Shown: in pieces, positions 40,801 to 50,641 of the stretch
Layout: every line of letters begins with the position of its first letter
Numbering within the stretch: position 1 is the stretch's first letter
Assembly: GCA_047284725.1 (NCBI GenBank)
Contig: JBJBEO010000001.1
Location: forward strand, 1,176,203-1,240,202
DNA: 64,000 nucleotides
Direction: 5' to 3'
DNA from: Synechococcus sp.
GTDB taxonomy: Bacteria; Cyanobacteriota; Cyanobacteriia; PCC-6307; Cyanobiaceae
Position numbers and translations under genes: made by a program
The notes under the pieces: model-generated
Databases searched by the model: none
The model's input: only the letters and a program-made list of their open reading frames with translations
What the model was told of the DNA's origin: nothing

Positions 40801-41614
40801 GCCTGAATCCATGAATCCCTTGGCCGCTCTTCATCGCCAGCAAGGTCATCAACCGAGGATCTATGGGTCGGCTCCAGGCGCCTACGGCGCCGGGCTGCAG
40901 GCTTTGATTGATTCAGGCCAATGGGAGGGGAGAGACGACCTCGGCGAGGCGTACTTGCAATGGAGTCAGTGGACCTATGACGGAGCCGCTGATCCAATCC
41001 AGAACCGCCAGGCACTGGAACGCAGTCTCGCCACGGTGCAACTTGTGCTGCATAACCAAGACAACCGAGAGCATGACCTGCTCGATTCCGATGATTACTA
41101 CCAATTCCATGGTGGACTGGCAGCAGCGGTCTCTCGGGTGCGCGGTGAGGCTCCCGCCCTCTGGTTTGCCGACCATTCCCGCCAGGAACGTCTCAGGATC
41201 AGACCCCTATCGGCTGAGATCGACAAAGTGATGCGCAGCCGCCTGCTCAATCCCCGCTGGATTGAAGGGATGCAGGAGCACGGTTACAAAGGCGTGTTCG
41301 AGATGGCTGCCAGCCTTGACTATCTCTTCGCCTATGACGCAGCAACCGGCGTTGTGCCGAACTGGTGCTACGCCGCCCTGCAGGACCACTGGCTGGATGC
41401 TCCTCAACGAAGAGAGTCTCTGATGCAACACAATCCCTGGGCTCTCAGGGATATGGCAGAACGGTTCTTGGAAGCGGCCAATCGAGGGCTCTGGTCAGAT
41501 GCTGATCAGAGCCGTTTGAATCGTTTGAAGGATCTCGTTCTCGCTGCTGAAGCAACTGTGGAGAACGGATCGATCACCCCGATCACTGGTTCAGACTTCG
41601 CACCATCGCCCTGA
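37817..41614 (+). CDS. cobN: Cobaltochelatase subunit CobN
   Basis: MHRL start, LPELDGR, HLGKHGSAEWLPGK, NDPGEG.QAKRR, VLPTGRNFY, LNPRWIEG. Confidence 0.95.
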   Translation: MHRLSSLPGGDFDAAITVVEQPPAPVLMLTSAATDLSTLACWLSLPEGDPWRGRIRALPLSSLQHAAQVDHYLSVTAAEAQLIVVRLLGGRGHWSYGLDQLQQWQQRSPHRQLLVLAGTADQDTLLHPLGSVPTALSDRLALLMREGGLENLTVVMGALEQVLTGQTTDPAQLVPQAIPDPSPWDWQQEPGPRVGVVLYRAHYQAGDLAMAQALQRCLRERGLVPRAVWVSSLRDGAVQEGVLDLFQQQQIEVVITATSFASVQFEQAGFGAPLWDRLDRPVLQLLNSSQPRAIWEDSARGLAPLDLSLQVVLPELDGRITTRIGAFREVDQLHPTLATAVPRSVPDSVGLAWIAEHTQRWIDLRQTPIDQRRIVVVLANYPVRNGRLANGVGLDTPASLFNLLGWMKDAGYALVDQPLPGSSDDLMLRLLAGRTNDPESHHLPPLTHLSLTDYQAWWSIIPEASRREIEQRWGPPQDAEDLEPQGFAIHGLQMGNLCVLVQPSRGYDPDQLSDLHSPDLPPPHRYLAQYLWMRKVHRTQVVVHLGKHGSAEWLPGKSVGLSQACGPALALGPVPHLYPFIVNDPGEGSQAKRRGHAVILDHLTPPLGRAGVHGEMESLEALLDEYVEANQLNADRTTELNQQLLALLQKLNWPGLPPQLVSATSIELEAIDSDVWTQCLDQVEAYLCELKEAQIRTGLHRLGAAPPLDALVELLVAISRAPSADLPGLTQRLAGLVGLGIDPWGDEEGLPLSEQDQQRLLDLKASGHRRVADAVAWLEDQASTLILCLLKPNGCAPAGPLNATFATWMAEADDPVLLQLRDNLIPRLTSSAEQERKGMLRLFEGRRLASGPSGAPTRGRPDVLPTGRNFYSVDLRGLPTEAAWDLGRRSAERLLDLYLLEEGEPLRHMALSVWGTATMRNGGEDIAQLLALLGVRPVWDGPTRRMVDLELIPLSLLGRPRVDVTLRMSGLFRDAFPQLIVWVNRAQALVAGLDEPESMNPLAALHRQQGHQPRIYGSAPGAYGAGLQALIDSGQWEGRDDLGEAYLQWSQWTYDGAADPIQNRQALERSLATVQLVLHNQDNREHDLLDSDDYYQFHGGLAAAVSRVRGEAPALWFADHSRQERLRIRPLSAEIDKVMRSRLLNPRWIEGMQEHGYKGVFEMAASLDYLFAYDAATGVVPNWCYAALQDHWLDAPQRRESLMQHNPWALRDMAERFLEAANRGLWSDADQSRLNRLKDLVLAAEATVENGSITPITGSDFAPSP

Positions 41615-42134
41615 AGGGATCGATCGACCCAGGTTTCGCAGACCCTGCATTCGGGTTGGTCTCGTCTGCTTTTGGTGTCTGCTTCAGCTGGGCTTTGCGA
41701 GCCACAGGGGCTGCGTCAGCGGCCGCAGGGGTATTGGTGCTGCTGAGGGCGCTGCCCTTGAGGCGTTCCTGAAGTTCCTGCTTGCTCATCGCCTCGGCGA
41801 AGGTTTTTTTCACTGGCTTGGGCACGCCACCAGTGACAGAGGTGACCTTCTGGCTGCTTGTGGCTCCACCCAGACCTTCTGACTGAACCTCCACCTTGAG
41901 GTCCATGGCATCCACTTCCGTCACCAGCTCCTTACCGCCGGGGTTATCGGCGGTGCCAGGGAAGGTGCGGCGGATGGTCTTGGACTCCCGCATGTAATCG
42001 CGATCGCCGAGCGATGACGAGGAGTCGCTGTCAAGAAAGAAGGCTTCCTGCTGTTTCTCCGCTTTGGGCTTCTGTTGGGTGGAAGCGTTGTCGGGATTGG
42101 AGCCCGAGTTCAGCAGTCGATCAAAGAGGCCCAT
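41583..42134 (-). CDS. Hypothetical protein, probably largely disordered
   Basis: MGLFDRLL, AFFLD....SLGD.DYMR..KTIRRTFP, C-terminal DPFRAMVRSL. Confidence 0.75.
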   Translation of the reverse strand: MGLFDRLLNSGSNPDNASTQQKPKAEKQQEAFFLDSDSSSSLGDRDYMRESKTIRRTFPGTADNPGGKELVTEVDAMDLKVEVQSEGLGGATSSQKVTSVTGGVPKPVKKTFAEAMSKQELQERLKGSALSSTNTPAAADAAPVARKAQLKQTPKADETNPNAGSAKPGSIDPFRAMVRSLNQ

Positions 42135-42162
42135 GCCCGGGAAGTCAGGTGCTTAAGCGAAC

Positions 42163-42819
42163 TTAGCGGCCTTTGAGGTCGTGACCGTGGGTGTCGGTTC
42201 CACACGTACGCAAAAGGCCAAGGTTCTTCAATTGCTGATCAATGCTTTCGCACACCATTGGCGTCGCCTGCCACTGCGATTGCATGTCGTAGTCGTACCA
42301 GACTTCCCCTCCATCGATGCCAATGGCAGCGGCCGCTTTGATCAACACATCGTGACCGAGTCGGTAGCGGGCTGGATGTGCCAGCACGGCGAGGCCCCCC
42401 GCGGTGTGGATGGCTTTCACCACAGCATCCGCACGAAGGGGCTCCCCCACGGCGGCATCACCCTGGTTGTACAAGCGCAGAGCCTGATGGCCCACTTCGA
42501 AGCCGAGGGCCAGCACATGCACCAGACACCCCTTGAGAAGACAACTGATCTCCATTCCCGTCCACAGCATGGGGACGGTCCGTCCCTGCTGCTTCTGTTC
42601 CTCGATCCAGTTCCGCATCGGCAGGAACGCAGCGGTGCTGTGATGATCGGTGACCGCCAGATGTGTCAAACCGATGTGCTGCGCCTGCTCAATGAGGGCA
42701 AGGGGGGACAGGCTGCCGTCACTGCACTGGGTATGACAGTGAAAGTTGAGGGTTCCTGGGCAACTGTCCGGTCCCACGCCCCTGAGGACAGGAATCAGAG
42801 GATGCGCTTCAGCTGGCAT
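42163..42819 (-). CDS. PHP-domain metal-dependent phosphoesterase
   Basis: NFHCHT.CSDG, VTDHH, G.EIS, LAHPARY, GTDTH. Confidence 0.88.
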   Translation of the reverse strand: MPAEAHPLIPVLRGVGPDSCPGTLNFHCHTQCSDGSLSPLALIEQAQHIGLTHLAVTDHHSTAAFLPMRNWIEEQKQQGRTVPMLWTGMEISCLLKGCLVHVLALGFEVGHQALRLYNQGDAAVGEPLRADAVVKAIHTAGGLAVLAHPARYRLGHDVLIKAAAAIGIDGGEVWYDYDMQSQWQATPMVCESIDQQLKNLGLLRTCGTDTHGHDLKGR

Positions 42820-43399
42820 GGCCTTCAGCGTTGGTAATCGACTCCTGGCGGAGTCGTCTCCAACGCGCATAGAACTGAATCGATGCGGCCATGAACACCA
42901 CCAAAGCCACCATGAACCAGGTCGCAGCCCCCGTTGGGAACTGGTTTTTGAAGACCACCAGCATCACAACAATCACCAGCAGCAAGGTGGGCAGTTCATT
43001 CAGCGCGCGGAGCTGGCGACCATTCCAGGCACATTCACCCCGGTGGAGCTGTCCCATCAGCCGATAACAGAACCAGTGATAGGCAAGCAACAGCGCCACA
43101 AAGCCGAGTTTGGCGTGCATCCAGCCCTGTTGAAGCCAGCTGGGCTGGGTGATGAGCAGACCGACAGCCATGGCTACAGCCACCACCATTCCAGGGGTTG
43201 TGATGATGTTCGCCAAGCGACGTTCCATCAGGGTGTACTGCTCCTGAAACGGCTGCTTCAGTTGCTCGTCAAGATCATTGGCTTCCACGTGATAGATGAA
43301 CAGCCGCACCAGATAGAACAGGCCTGCAAACCACACCACTACGCCCACAATGTGGAGGGTCTTGAACCACAGGTACGCCTCGGGGGGCATGGTGATCAC
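42809..43399 (-). CDS. hemJ: Protoporphyrinogen oxidase HemJ
   Basis: WFKTLHIVGVVVWFAGLFYLVRLFIYH, MERRL, RALNELPT. Confidence 0.93.
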   Translation of the reverse strand: MITMPPEAYLWFKTLHIVGVVVWFAGLFYLVRLFIYHVEANDLDEQLKQPFQEQYTLMERRLANIITTPGMVVAVAMAVGLLITQPSWLQQGWMHAKLGFVALLLAYHWFCYRLMGQLHRGECAWNGRQLRALNELPTLLLVIVVMLVVFKNQFPTGAATWFMVALVVFMAASIQFYARWRRLRQESITNAEGHAS

Positions 43400-43446
43400 G
43401 GTTGTGTCTCTTCGGGCTGAATTCTGGCCATGACCTTAGGAAGCAC

Positions 43447-44949
43447 TCACCGCAGCCCGTCAAGAAACTGTGATGCCCGTTGTTGATGGGCAGCAAGGCA
43501 CTCAGGATCCATCCGGTCAAGATTGCGCGCCATCATCGCAAGACGGTACTGACTGCGAAAAAATGTCTGATGCTGTGCGATGAAGCTCCAGAACAGGCCG
43601 TCCCAGACTTCACACCAGATCCCCTTCTTGTAATCCGACATCTTCCTGACGTAATTGGATCCAGAGAGATAGGGCTTTGTGGTGAAGAGCCCTCCATCGG
43701 CAAATTGACTCATTCCATACACATTCGGCACCATGACCCAGTCATAGGCATCCACAAACAGCTCCATGAACCACTGATAAACACGATCAGGATGAAAGCT
43801 GCATAACAGCATCACATTGCCAATCAACATCAATCGTTCGATGTGATGACACCACCCTGTTTCAAGGGCATGGTGAATTGCATCATCGATGGGAGGCAAG
43901 CCAGTCGTACCTTGATAGAAAGCGTCGGGTATCGGTCGGTCTTCAAACTCCCAGAAGTTGGTGGTACGCATCTGAACGCCATGGCGCTTATACATGGCAG
44001 CCATGAATTCACGCCAACCAATGATCTGACGCACGAATCCCTCCAACGAGTTGAGTGGAACGTCAAACGCTTCGCCCGCCTCAATGGCCCTGTTCAGCAC
44101 CTGTTGCGGTGTGAGCAGACCGATGTTCATCATTGGAGTGAGCACGCCATGCCACATCACCCGATGGTGTTGGCTGATGGCATCTTCGTAATCTCCAAAG
44201 CGTCCGAACCGTTGTTCAAGAAACTGATCCAGCCATTGGTTGGCCTGAGTGTGGTTAATCGGATAATTGAAGGTTTCTGCTGACCCCACAAGCGGAAGGT
44301 TTTCCTGCTCCAGAGACTTGCGTTGTTCCGCCAACTGTCGACCGTGATCGATGTCAGCGTGATGGATGCCAGGCTCCGATGGCACTGCAATCCCTTTCGG
44401 TAGCTTCTTGCGATTCTCGGCATCAAAGCTCCACTTCCCACCAAGTGGTCCCCCGTCTGGTGTGAGTAACACGCCCATCCGTTTGCGCTGCATTTCGTAG
44501 AAGCGCGCCATCAAGGGCCTCTTCCCATCGTTGAAGTGATCGGTCAGGACAGCTGATGGCGTGAGCAGCATCGGGGTGGTCGTGATGGTGATCTCACCGC
44601 CGAGTTCACGCACCACCGCCTTCAACCGCCGTTCGATCAGATCGTCGACCGGGTCAGCCAGGTGGAAATGACGGTAACCCTGGTCCCACCAATGCCTGAG
44701 GTGCCCCGCCGTGTCTTTGGCTTCGTGGTGTTGCCTCAGATGCACCTCATGGCCCTGCATCCGTAACCATTCGGCGTAGGCCTCCATCGAGCAGCGATGC
44801 AACAGCGCTCTTTGGCGATGAATGCGGCAAGGCCATTGCGAATCGGTCCCGAACAGAAGCGGCTCTTCAATCAGGGCGATGGTCCTCCCCAACACCACGG
44901 CCGGATGGCTGGCGAATAACTGATGGGGATAAACGAGCGTGAGATCCAA
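43447..44949 (-). CDS. Cryptochrome/photolyase, PhrB-like bacterial (6-4) photolyase clade
   Basis: YPHQL, GGKWSFD.ENR, FGDYEDA, EGFVRQIIGWREF, HHIERLM, DAYDWVM.PNV.GM, TKPYLS. Confidence 0.9.
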   Translation of the reverse strand: MDLTLVYPHQLFASHPAVVLGRTIALIEEPLLFGTDSQWPCRIHRQRALLHRCSMEAYAEWLRMQGHEVHLRQHHEAKDTAGHLRHWWDQGYRHFHLADPVDDLIERRLKAVVRELGGEITITTTPMLLTPSAVLTDHFNDGKRPLMARFYEMQRKRMGVLLTPDGGPLGGKWSFDAENRKKLPKGIAVPSEPGIHHADIDHGRQLAEQRKSLEQENLPLVGSAETFNYPINHTQANQWLDQFLEQRFGRFGDYEDAISQHHRVMWHGVLTPMMNIGLLTPQQVLNRAIEAGEAFDVPLNSLEGFVRQIIGWREFMAAMYKRHGVQMRTTNFWEFEDRPIPDAFYQGTTGLPPIDDAIHHALETGWCHHIERLMLIGNVMLLCSFHPDRVYQWFMELFVDAYDWVMVPNVYGMSQFADGGLFTTKPYLSGSNYVRKMSDYKKGIWCEVWDGLFWSFIAQHQTFFRSQYRLAMMARNLDRMDPECLAAHQQRASQFLDGLR

Positions 44950-44982
44950 CGAACGTCAGGAATGAGGAGCAGTGATTGCGTT

Positions 44983-45330
44983 TCAGGACACGTAACGGCA
45001 CAACCTCAGCCCCAGGGACCTGGCGTAGCCGCGGTCCACAAGACCGGCCTGAGGACTGAGAACTCCGGCGCGACAATCCACAACCACCTTTTCCCGATGG
45101 CCTTGTTGATCCTCGAGGCGCAACAGCAACTGCCAGTGATTCTTGGCACTACGCGTGATGGCATCGGCGCACACCGGACCTGTGCAGAGGCCGGGAGCCG
45201 CCTCGATAGACCGCGGGTTGGCCAGCAGGGTCGCGAGAACGATGGGCAGGGCAACTCCGGCAAGGGAGAGGATCCACTGCCTCCAACGGATCATTCGGCT
45301 GGCTTGCTGAGGCTCATGTGGATGGTTCAT
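44983..45330 (-). CDS. Small exported Cys-containing hypothetical protein (start uncertain, 45330 or 45294)
   Basis: Signal peptide, then C....C...[10 protein letters not shown]...DC...SP..G...C. Confidence 0.65.
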   Translation of the reverse strand: MNHPHEPQQASRMIRWRQWILSLAGVALPIVLATLLANPRSIEAAPGLCTGPVCADAITRSAKNHWQLLLRLEDQQGHREKVVVDCRAGVLSPQAGLVDRGYARSLGLRLCRYVS

Positions 45331-47284
45331 CGGCCTCGATGGTCTGTTCAAGAGAATCAGCGCCAGCCTCCCCTGGGTGAAAGTAATCCCTGATCTGTTC
45401 CGCCAGTGAAGGGCCGACTCCCGGAGCGGCGTTGAGCTGCTCCACGGTTGCCATCTGGATGGCATCGATTGAATGAAAGTGAGACAGCAAGTCTCGAATG
45501 CGTTTCGGACCGAGTCCTGGAATGTCGGAGAGTCGGGAACGCTTCATGCGTTCACCCCTCTGCTGGCGGTGAAAGCTGACCGCAAACCGATGGGCTTCGT
45601 CACGCAACCGGCGCAGAAGCGCCACGCCCAGCTGATCAGGTTCGCTCTCAATCGGATCGCTCTCCCCTGGAAGGAAGATTTCCTCCCTTTGCTTGGCCAG
45701 TGAGCAAACATTGAGGTCTTCATGGAGATCCAGTTCCCGCAGCGCTTCCATCACGGCCGAGAGCTGCCCCTTGCCGCCATCAATCATCACCACATCCGGC
45801 CAGTCATTGAGCCCATCGGTCTGCAGTGCGCTGCCCCCCTGGTGGCGTAGGGCGCCAAGGTCGATGCCTTCTGCTTTCACCCTGGCCCAGCGCCTGAAAC
45901 GACGGCGCATGATCTCTGCCATGGCCATGAAATCGTCACTGTGGCCGGCCCGAATGCTGCTGCTGCGAATCTTGTATTTCCGGTAATGCTGCTTCGCTGG
46001 CAACCCATCCACAAACACCACCTGGGAGGCCACTGCATCACTCCCCTGGATATGGCTGATGTCATACCCCTCGATGCGCCTGGGGGGTGTCGGTAGCTCC
46101 AGGAGCTGAGCCAGGTCTTCAGTCGCCAGCGTCTGCTGTTCCTGCCCCTGCTGGGCACGCAGCAATTCAAATTCAGCATTCCGTTGCACCAGGTCGATCA
46201 GATCCGCCTTCAGGCGACGCTGAGGACACTCAATCTGTACCCGTCGTTCGCGCTGTTCCCCAAGCCATTCCTCCATCAACCCCTGCTGCGGCAACGCATG
46301 TTGCACAAGCACCTTCGGCGGCACCTCAACGGAATCAACCTGGCTGTAGTGCTCCTCGATCACGCGTTGAAGAATTTGACCTGGCTCAAGTCCCTCGGCG
46401 TCGGCCGTGTAACCGAGGCGTCCCACCAACTTGCCTGCGCGCATCTGGAACAACTGCACAGCTGCAACGCGTTGGTCACAGGCCACAGCCAGGACATCTC
46501 GGCTCACTGATGCATCGGGGATGCTCATTTTCTGATCAGCAGTGAGCTGATCCAGTCCCTGCAGTTGATCCCTGACCCGTGCCGCCGATTCGAAATCAAG
46601 ACGCTCTGCATAACGTTCCATCTGCTCATTGAGCAGGGTCTGCAGTTCATCACTACGACCCTGGAACACCATGGCCACCTTGCGCAGGGTGCGGTGGTAG
46701 TCCTCTGAACTGATTTTCTGCTGGCAAACCCCGGGGCATCGTCCGATGGAAAAATTCAGGCAGGTGCGATCCGCATAGAGCGGACGAGGGCGCTGCCTGA
46801 GCGGAAACACCCGTTTCACCAGAAACAAGGTCCGCCTCAACAGCCCCACGTCCACATAGGGTCCATAAAAACGATCCAGTGGGCTGCGAAAACGCCGCCG
46901 CCGCGTAATGAAGATGCGTGGATAAGCCTCACTCCATGTGATGCAGAGATAGGGATATTTCTTGTCGTCTTTGAGGAGCACATTAAAATGTGGCTGATGA
47001 TTCTTGATCAGATTTGATTCAAGAACGAGCGCCTCGGCTTCACTGTCGGTGACAATGAATTCAATCTCACAGACCTGCCTTGTCATCAGGCGGATCCGTG
47101 GAGACAGGTCATGGCGGCTGCGAAAGTAGCTCCTTACACGGCTGCGGAGGCGTTTCGATTTGCCGACATACAAAATGCGGTCCTCCCGATCCCGCATGAG
47201 GTAGCAACCGGGCTCAGGAGGAATTTCCTTCAGTCTTCGCTCCAGCCGTTCCGGCTGGGCCAGCAAGGGTTCACATGAAGGCAC
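45314..47284 (-). CDS. uvrC: Excinuclease ABC subunit C
   Basis: GIY-YIG-type [46 protein letters not shown], HhH. Confidence 0.97.
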   Translation of the reverse strand: MPSCEPLLAQPERLERRLKEIPPEPGCYLMRDREDRILYVGKSKRLRSRVRSYFRSRHDLSPRIRLMTRQVCEIEFIVTDSEAEALVLESNLIKNHQPHFNVLLKDDKKYPYLCITWSEAYPRIFITRRRRFRSPLDRFYGPYVDVGLLRRTLFLVKRVFPLRQRPRPLYADRTCLNFSIGRCPGVCQQKISSEDYHRTLRKVAMVFQGRSDELQTLLNEQMERYAERLDFESAARVRDQLQGLDQLTADQKMSIPDASVSRDVLAVACDQRVAAVQLFQMRAGKLVGRLGYTADAEGLEPGQILQRVIEEHYSQVDSVEVPPKVLVQHALPQQGLMEEWLGEQRERRVQIECPQRRLKADLIDLVQRNAEFELLRAQQGQEQQTLATEDLAQLLELPTPPRRIEGYDISHIQGSDAVASQVVFVDGLPAKQHYRKYKIRSSSIRAGHSDDFMAMAEIMRRRFRRWARVKAEGIDLGALRHQGGSALQTDGLNDWPDVVMIDGGKGQLSAVMEALRELDLHEDLNVCSLAKQREEIFLPGESDPIESEPDQLGVALLRRLRDEAHRFAVSFHRQQRGERMKRSRLSDIPGLGPKRIRDLLSHFHSIDAIQMATVEQLNAAPGVGPSLAEQIRDYFHPGEAGADSLEQTIEADEPST

Positions 47285-47338
47285 AGCTGGCGTGAACGAA
47301 GGTGAAAACGAACGGAACGAACGATGTGTGCGGGTCTC

Positions 47339-47821
47339 TCAGCCGCCGTAATTCCAGCCGGTGTCTGCCAGATTCAGTGCATCGCCGTCAGCAATCACGC
47401 ACGCCGATTTCACTTCACCGACGAACACGCTGTGGTCGCCATGGGCGACGCAGCCAACGACTTCACACTCCACACCGCCGACAGCATCCTTCAGCAGTGG
47501 AAGGCCGAGGGGACCTTCGTCGTAGGGCGCCGCATCAAAGCGACCGCCGACGCCAGCCTGTGGTTTGAAAAACACTGCGGCGAGATCCTTCTGATCTGCT
47601 CGCAGCACATTGAGGGAGAACCGACCACTGCGTTCGATCATTCCGTGACTGGTGCTGTCACTGCGCACCGCCATCACCACCAGCGGTGGCTCAAAGGAAC
47701 CCTGGGTCACCCAGCTGGCGGTGAATCCATTGACCTGGTCTCCTTCCCGCACGCCACAAATGAAAAGACCGTGGGGAATCTTGCGCAGAAGCACCTTCTT
47801 GGCGTCAGCGTCGAGGCTCAT
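47339..47821 (-). CDS. Flavin reductase family protein
   Basis: LRKIPHGLFI, FTASWVTQGSFEPP, GDHSVFVGEV, YGG. Confidence 0.88.
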   Translation of the reverse strand: MSLDADAKKVLLRKIPHGLFICGVREGDQVNGFTASWVTQGSFEPPLVVMAVRSDSTSHGMIERSGRFSLNVLRADQKDLAAVFFKPQAGVGGRFDAAPYDEGPLGLPLLKDAVGGVECEVVGCVAHGDHSVFVGEVKSACVIADGDALNLADTGWNYGG

Positions 47822-47893
47822 GGATCACCGTCATTGATTCTGCGAATCTAGTCAGACGGAGCTGCATAGGATCCGAGCAGCGGTCTCAAGCTC

Positions 47894-48388
47894 ATGCGGG
47901 CTCTTTACCCCGGCAGTTTCGACCCCCTCACACTGGGTCATCTTGATCTCATTGAGCGCGGTTGTGAGCTCTTCGGAGAGGTTGTGGTGGCTGTTCTTCA
48001 GAACCCCGGCAAGACGCCTGCCTTCCCGTTGGAGCGCCGGTTGGATCAGATCCGCATCGCCACGACTCACCTCAGCGGTGTGGACGTGATCAGTTTCGAT
48101 GGCCTCACAGTGCAGTGCGCGCGCGAGCAGAACGTGAACCTGATTTTGCGTGGTTTGAGGGCCATGAGCGACTTCGAATACGAATTGCAGATCGCCCATA
48201 CCAACCGATCGTTGTGTGCTGATTTTGAAACGGTTTTTCTGGCCACGTCGGCCCATCACAGCTTCCTGAGCAGTTCCGTTGTGAAAGAGGTCGCTCGCTT
48301 CGGGGGGCCAGTCGGCCACATGGTCCCCAAGGTGGTGGCGGATGACCTTGCAAGGCTCTTTAATTTGCCTTTCCCGGACCGCCTGTGA
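47894..48388 (+). CDS. coaD: Phosphopantetheine adenylyltransferase
   Basis: [35 protein letters not shown]. Confidence 0.96.
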   Translation: MRALYPGSFDPLTLGHLDLIERGCELFGEVVVAVLQNPGKTPAFPLERRLDQIRIATTHLSGVDVISFDGLTVQCAREQNVNLILRGLRAMSDFEYELQIAHTNRSLCADFETVFLATSAHHSFLSSSVVKEVARFGGPVGHMVPKVVADDLARLFNLPFPDRL

Positions 48389-49335
48389 TGAGCGAGATAC
48401 GGTTTCCAGTGATCGACCAGATCGACCAACTCGAAGAGATCTTGCTCGAGGGCACCCGCATCCCCTTCAGCGGTGGTCGACTGGTCAATGAACAAGACGC
48501 AGTGGAGTTGCTTGACGCCGTGCGTGAGGCTCTCCCTTCTCAGATCAACCAGGCGGATCAACTCCTGCAGAAGCGAGATGACTTCATTGCCTCTGCCAAA
48601 CAGCAAGCTGACGAAATCGTGCTGAAGGCACAGCAGCAGCGGGAACAGCTGGTGAATGCGGCCTCGATTCGCCAGGAAGCTGAGCGTCAGGGGCATGAAA
48701 TGCGCGACCAGACTCGTGTTCAATGCGAGCAGTTGTTGCAACACACCCGCCAGCAATCGGCTCAGATGGAGCAGGACATGCAGGCCAAGCTTTCTCAGCT
48801 TGAACAACAATTCGCTTCACGACGTCAGCAACTGGAGCAGGAGGCTCTTCAGCGCCGACAACAGCTTGATCAGGAAGCGGTTGAGCTCAAGCGGCAGCTC
48901 ACAGAACAACACGAGCGCAACAGGCAGCAGGCTCTGCAGGAGCTTGAACAGGTCCGTCAGGAAGGCCTGCGCCAGCAGAAGGAAGCCCAAACTGAAGCCG
49001 ATCGGCTCCATCAGGATGCCCTTCAGTTCAGGCAACAGACGCAGCAACAATGTGAGGGCCTGATTCAACGCACGCGTCAGGAAGCCGCCTCGGTTCAAGA
49101 GGGTGCGAACCGTTATGCCGAGCAAACCCTTGGTGAACTGGAGTTCCGTCTGAAGGAGATGGCTCAGGTCGTGTTGGCGGGTCGTGAGGAGTTGGTCAAG
49201 ATTCAGACCATTCGGCCTGAGACTGGTGGCCTGACTGACAATCGCAACGCGGAACGCCACAGCAACGAAGCCGTACCGATTTCCCGCGCTCGTCGTGCCG
49301 CCTCTCGCCTCAAGGCGATGAAGGGCACTGGCTGA
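48388..49335 (+). CDS. DivIVA-like coiled-coil cell-division protein (Cdv3-like)
   Basis: LEEILLEG.RIPF.G.RLV, long Q/E/R-rich coiled coil, GANRYA; directly downstream of coaD, as cdv3 is in cyanobacteria. Confidence 0.75.
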   Translation: MSEIRFPVIDQIDQLEEILLEGTRIPFSGGRLVNEQDAVELLDAVREALPSQINQADQLLQKRDDFIASAKQQADEIVLKAQQQREQLVNAASIRQEAERQGHEMRDQTRVQCEQLLQHTRQQSAQMEQDMQAKLSQLEQQFASRRQQLEQEALQRRQQLDQEAVELKRQLTEQHERNRQQALQELEQVRQEGLRQQKEAQTEADRLHQDALQFRQQTQQQCEGLIQRTRQEAASVQEGANRYAEQTLGELEFRLKEMAQVVLAGREELVKIQTIRPETGGLTDNRNAERHSNEAVPISRARRAASRLKAMKGTG

Positions 49336-50641
49336 GCCGCTGGACCGACTGAAGGATTCGCCCGATCGTGCTGTTCGGGCTTCCTGCTCCATTGGAAATC
49401 ATGCTCACGAATCGCACACCATGACGTGTGTCGAGAAATCCACTCACTGAGCGCACTCCGGTGAGCGTGCCTGTCTTTCCATGGAAACGGCCCTCCAGAG
49501 ATGTGCCTCGGAAATAATTTCTGAGGGTTCCACGCTGCCCTGCAATGGCCATGGAGGCTCGGTAGTAACCAGCGAGCGGGTGCTGATTCATGCGCATCAG
49601 CAGGGCCGCAAGGGTGCGGCTTGTGACCCGATTCCGACGGGACAGTCCACTGCCGTCCGCGACGCTGAGACCCTGGATGGGCAGATTTTGCCTGCGCATC
49701 CAGAGCATGGCAGCCCGGGATGCCTGGTTCTCATCCCATGCATTCGCAGCCTGGCGCAACAACACTTCGGCCGTGAAGTTGTGACTTTCGGTATTGGCGA
49801 GACTCAGCAGCGCATGCATTGGGGCGGAAGTCTCCTCATGCAGCACCACCGATTGATCGGTGCCCCTGGACTGTGCAGCCGGGGGCGTTGCTCGCACAAA
49901 CTGCATCGTGACTTTGCCGCCCTGCCGTTCAATTTCACGCTGCATCAAGGTTTTGAATCGCGCCGCTGGGTTGCTGACGGCACGACTGAGGGCATTGCTG
50001 GTGAGGGCCAGGCGGGTGATCGGTGCGCCATACGCTTCAGCCCGATCGGCTGGATGCCAGTCTCTGGGCCACCAGCGTTGCTGGGGTTCTTCCCTCAACA
50101 TCAGTTTGACGGTCCCACTGTTCCAGGCCGTGAGGTCGTTTGTGGAGCCACCCCTTGCCAGTGCAGCCATCGCAAAGCGCTGGATTCCAGCCAAACCGAG
50201 ATCAGGGTCTCCTTGTCCATCCAGTTCCAAATGCCCGTCGGGCCGACGCAACAAGCGGGTTTTCAGCCGGAAGTCTGGTCCCAGTCGGTCCAATGCAAAG
50301 GCGGTACTGATCAGTTTCTGATTGGAGGCAGGGACGCGAGGAACTGCACCATTCACATCAGCGAGCAGTGATCCGGATGCATCCACCACGCTCACGCTCC
50401 AGGCCGCCGCAGAGGATCCGAGATCATTCCTGATCGCCGTTTGAAGCGGTTGGCAACTCACTCCGAGTCGCAGCAGGGGGAGGGCTTGATTCCTGGGAGG
50501 TGGAGGCGGTGCCAACACAGGGACCGATGCTTCACGCTGGCCCTTGAGGACATCGCGAAGACTCAGGCTTGGTTCTGCCAACACAGGAGTTGCGAGCAAG
50601 CTCAGCAAGCCCGCGTTGAGGATGGATTGCTGCACTGTCAT
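49310..50641 (-). CDS. dacB: D-Ala-D-Ala carboxypeptidase/endopeptidase (PBP4, S13)
   Basis: PASNQK (SxxK), SHN (SxN), DGSGLSR.N, KTGTL. Confidence 0.93.
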   Translation of the reverse strand: MTVQQSILNAGLLSLLATPVLAEPSLSLRDVLKGQREASVPVLAPPPPPRNQALPLLRLGVSCQPLQTAIRNDLGSSAAAWSVSVVDASGSLLADVNGAVPRVPASNQKLISTAFALDRLGPDFRLKTRLLRRPDGHLELDGQGDPDLGLAGIQRFAMAALARGGSTNDLTAWNSGTVKLMLREEPQQRWWPRDWHPADRAEAYGAPITRLALTSNALSRAVSNPAARFKTLMQREIERQGGKVTMQFVRATPPAAQSRGTDQSVVLHEETSAPMHALLSLANTESHNFTAEVLLRQAANAWDENQASRAAMLWMRRQNLPIQGLSVADGSGLSRRNRVTSRTLAALLMRMNQHPLAGYYRASMAIAGQRGTLRNYFRGTSLEGRFHGKTGTLTGVRSVSGFLDTRHGVRFVSMISNGAGSPNSTIGRILQSVQRLSQCPSSP

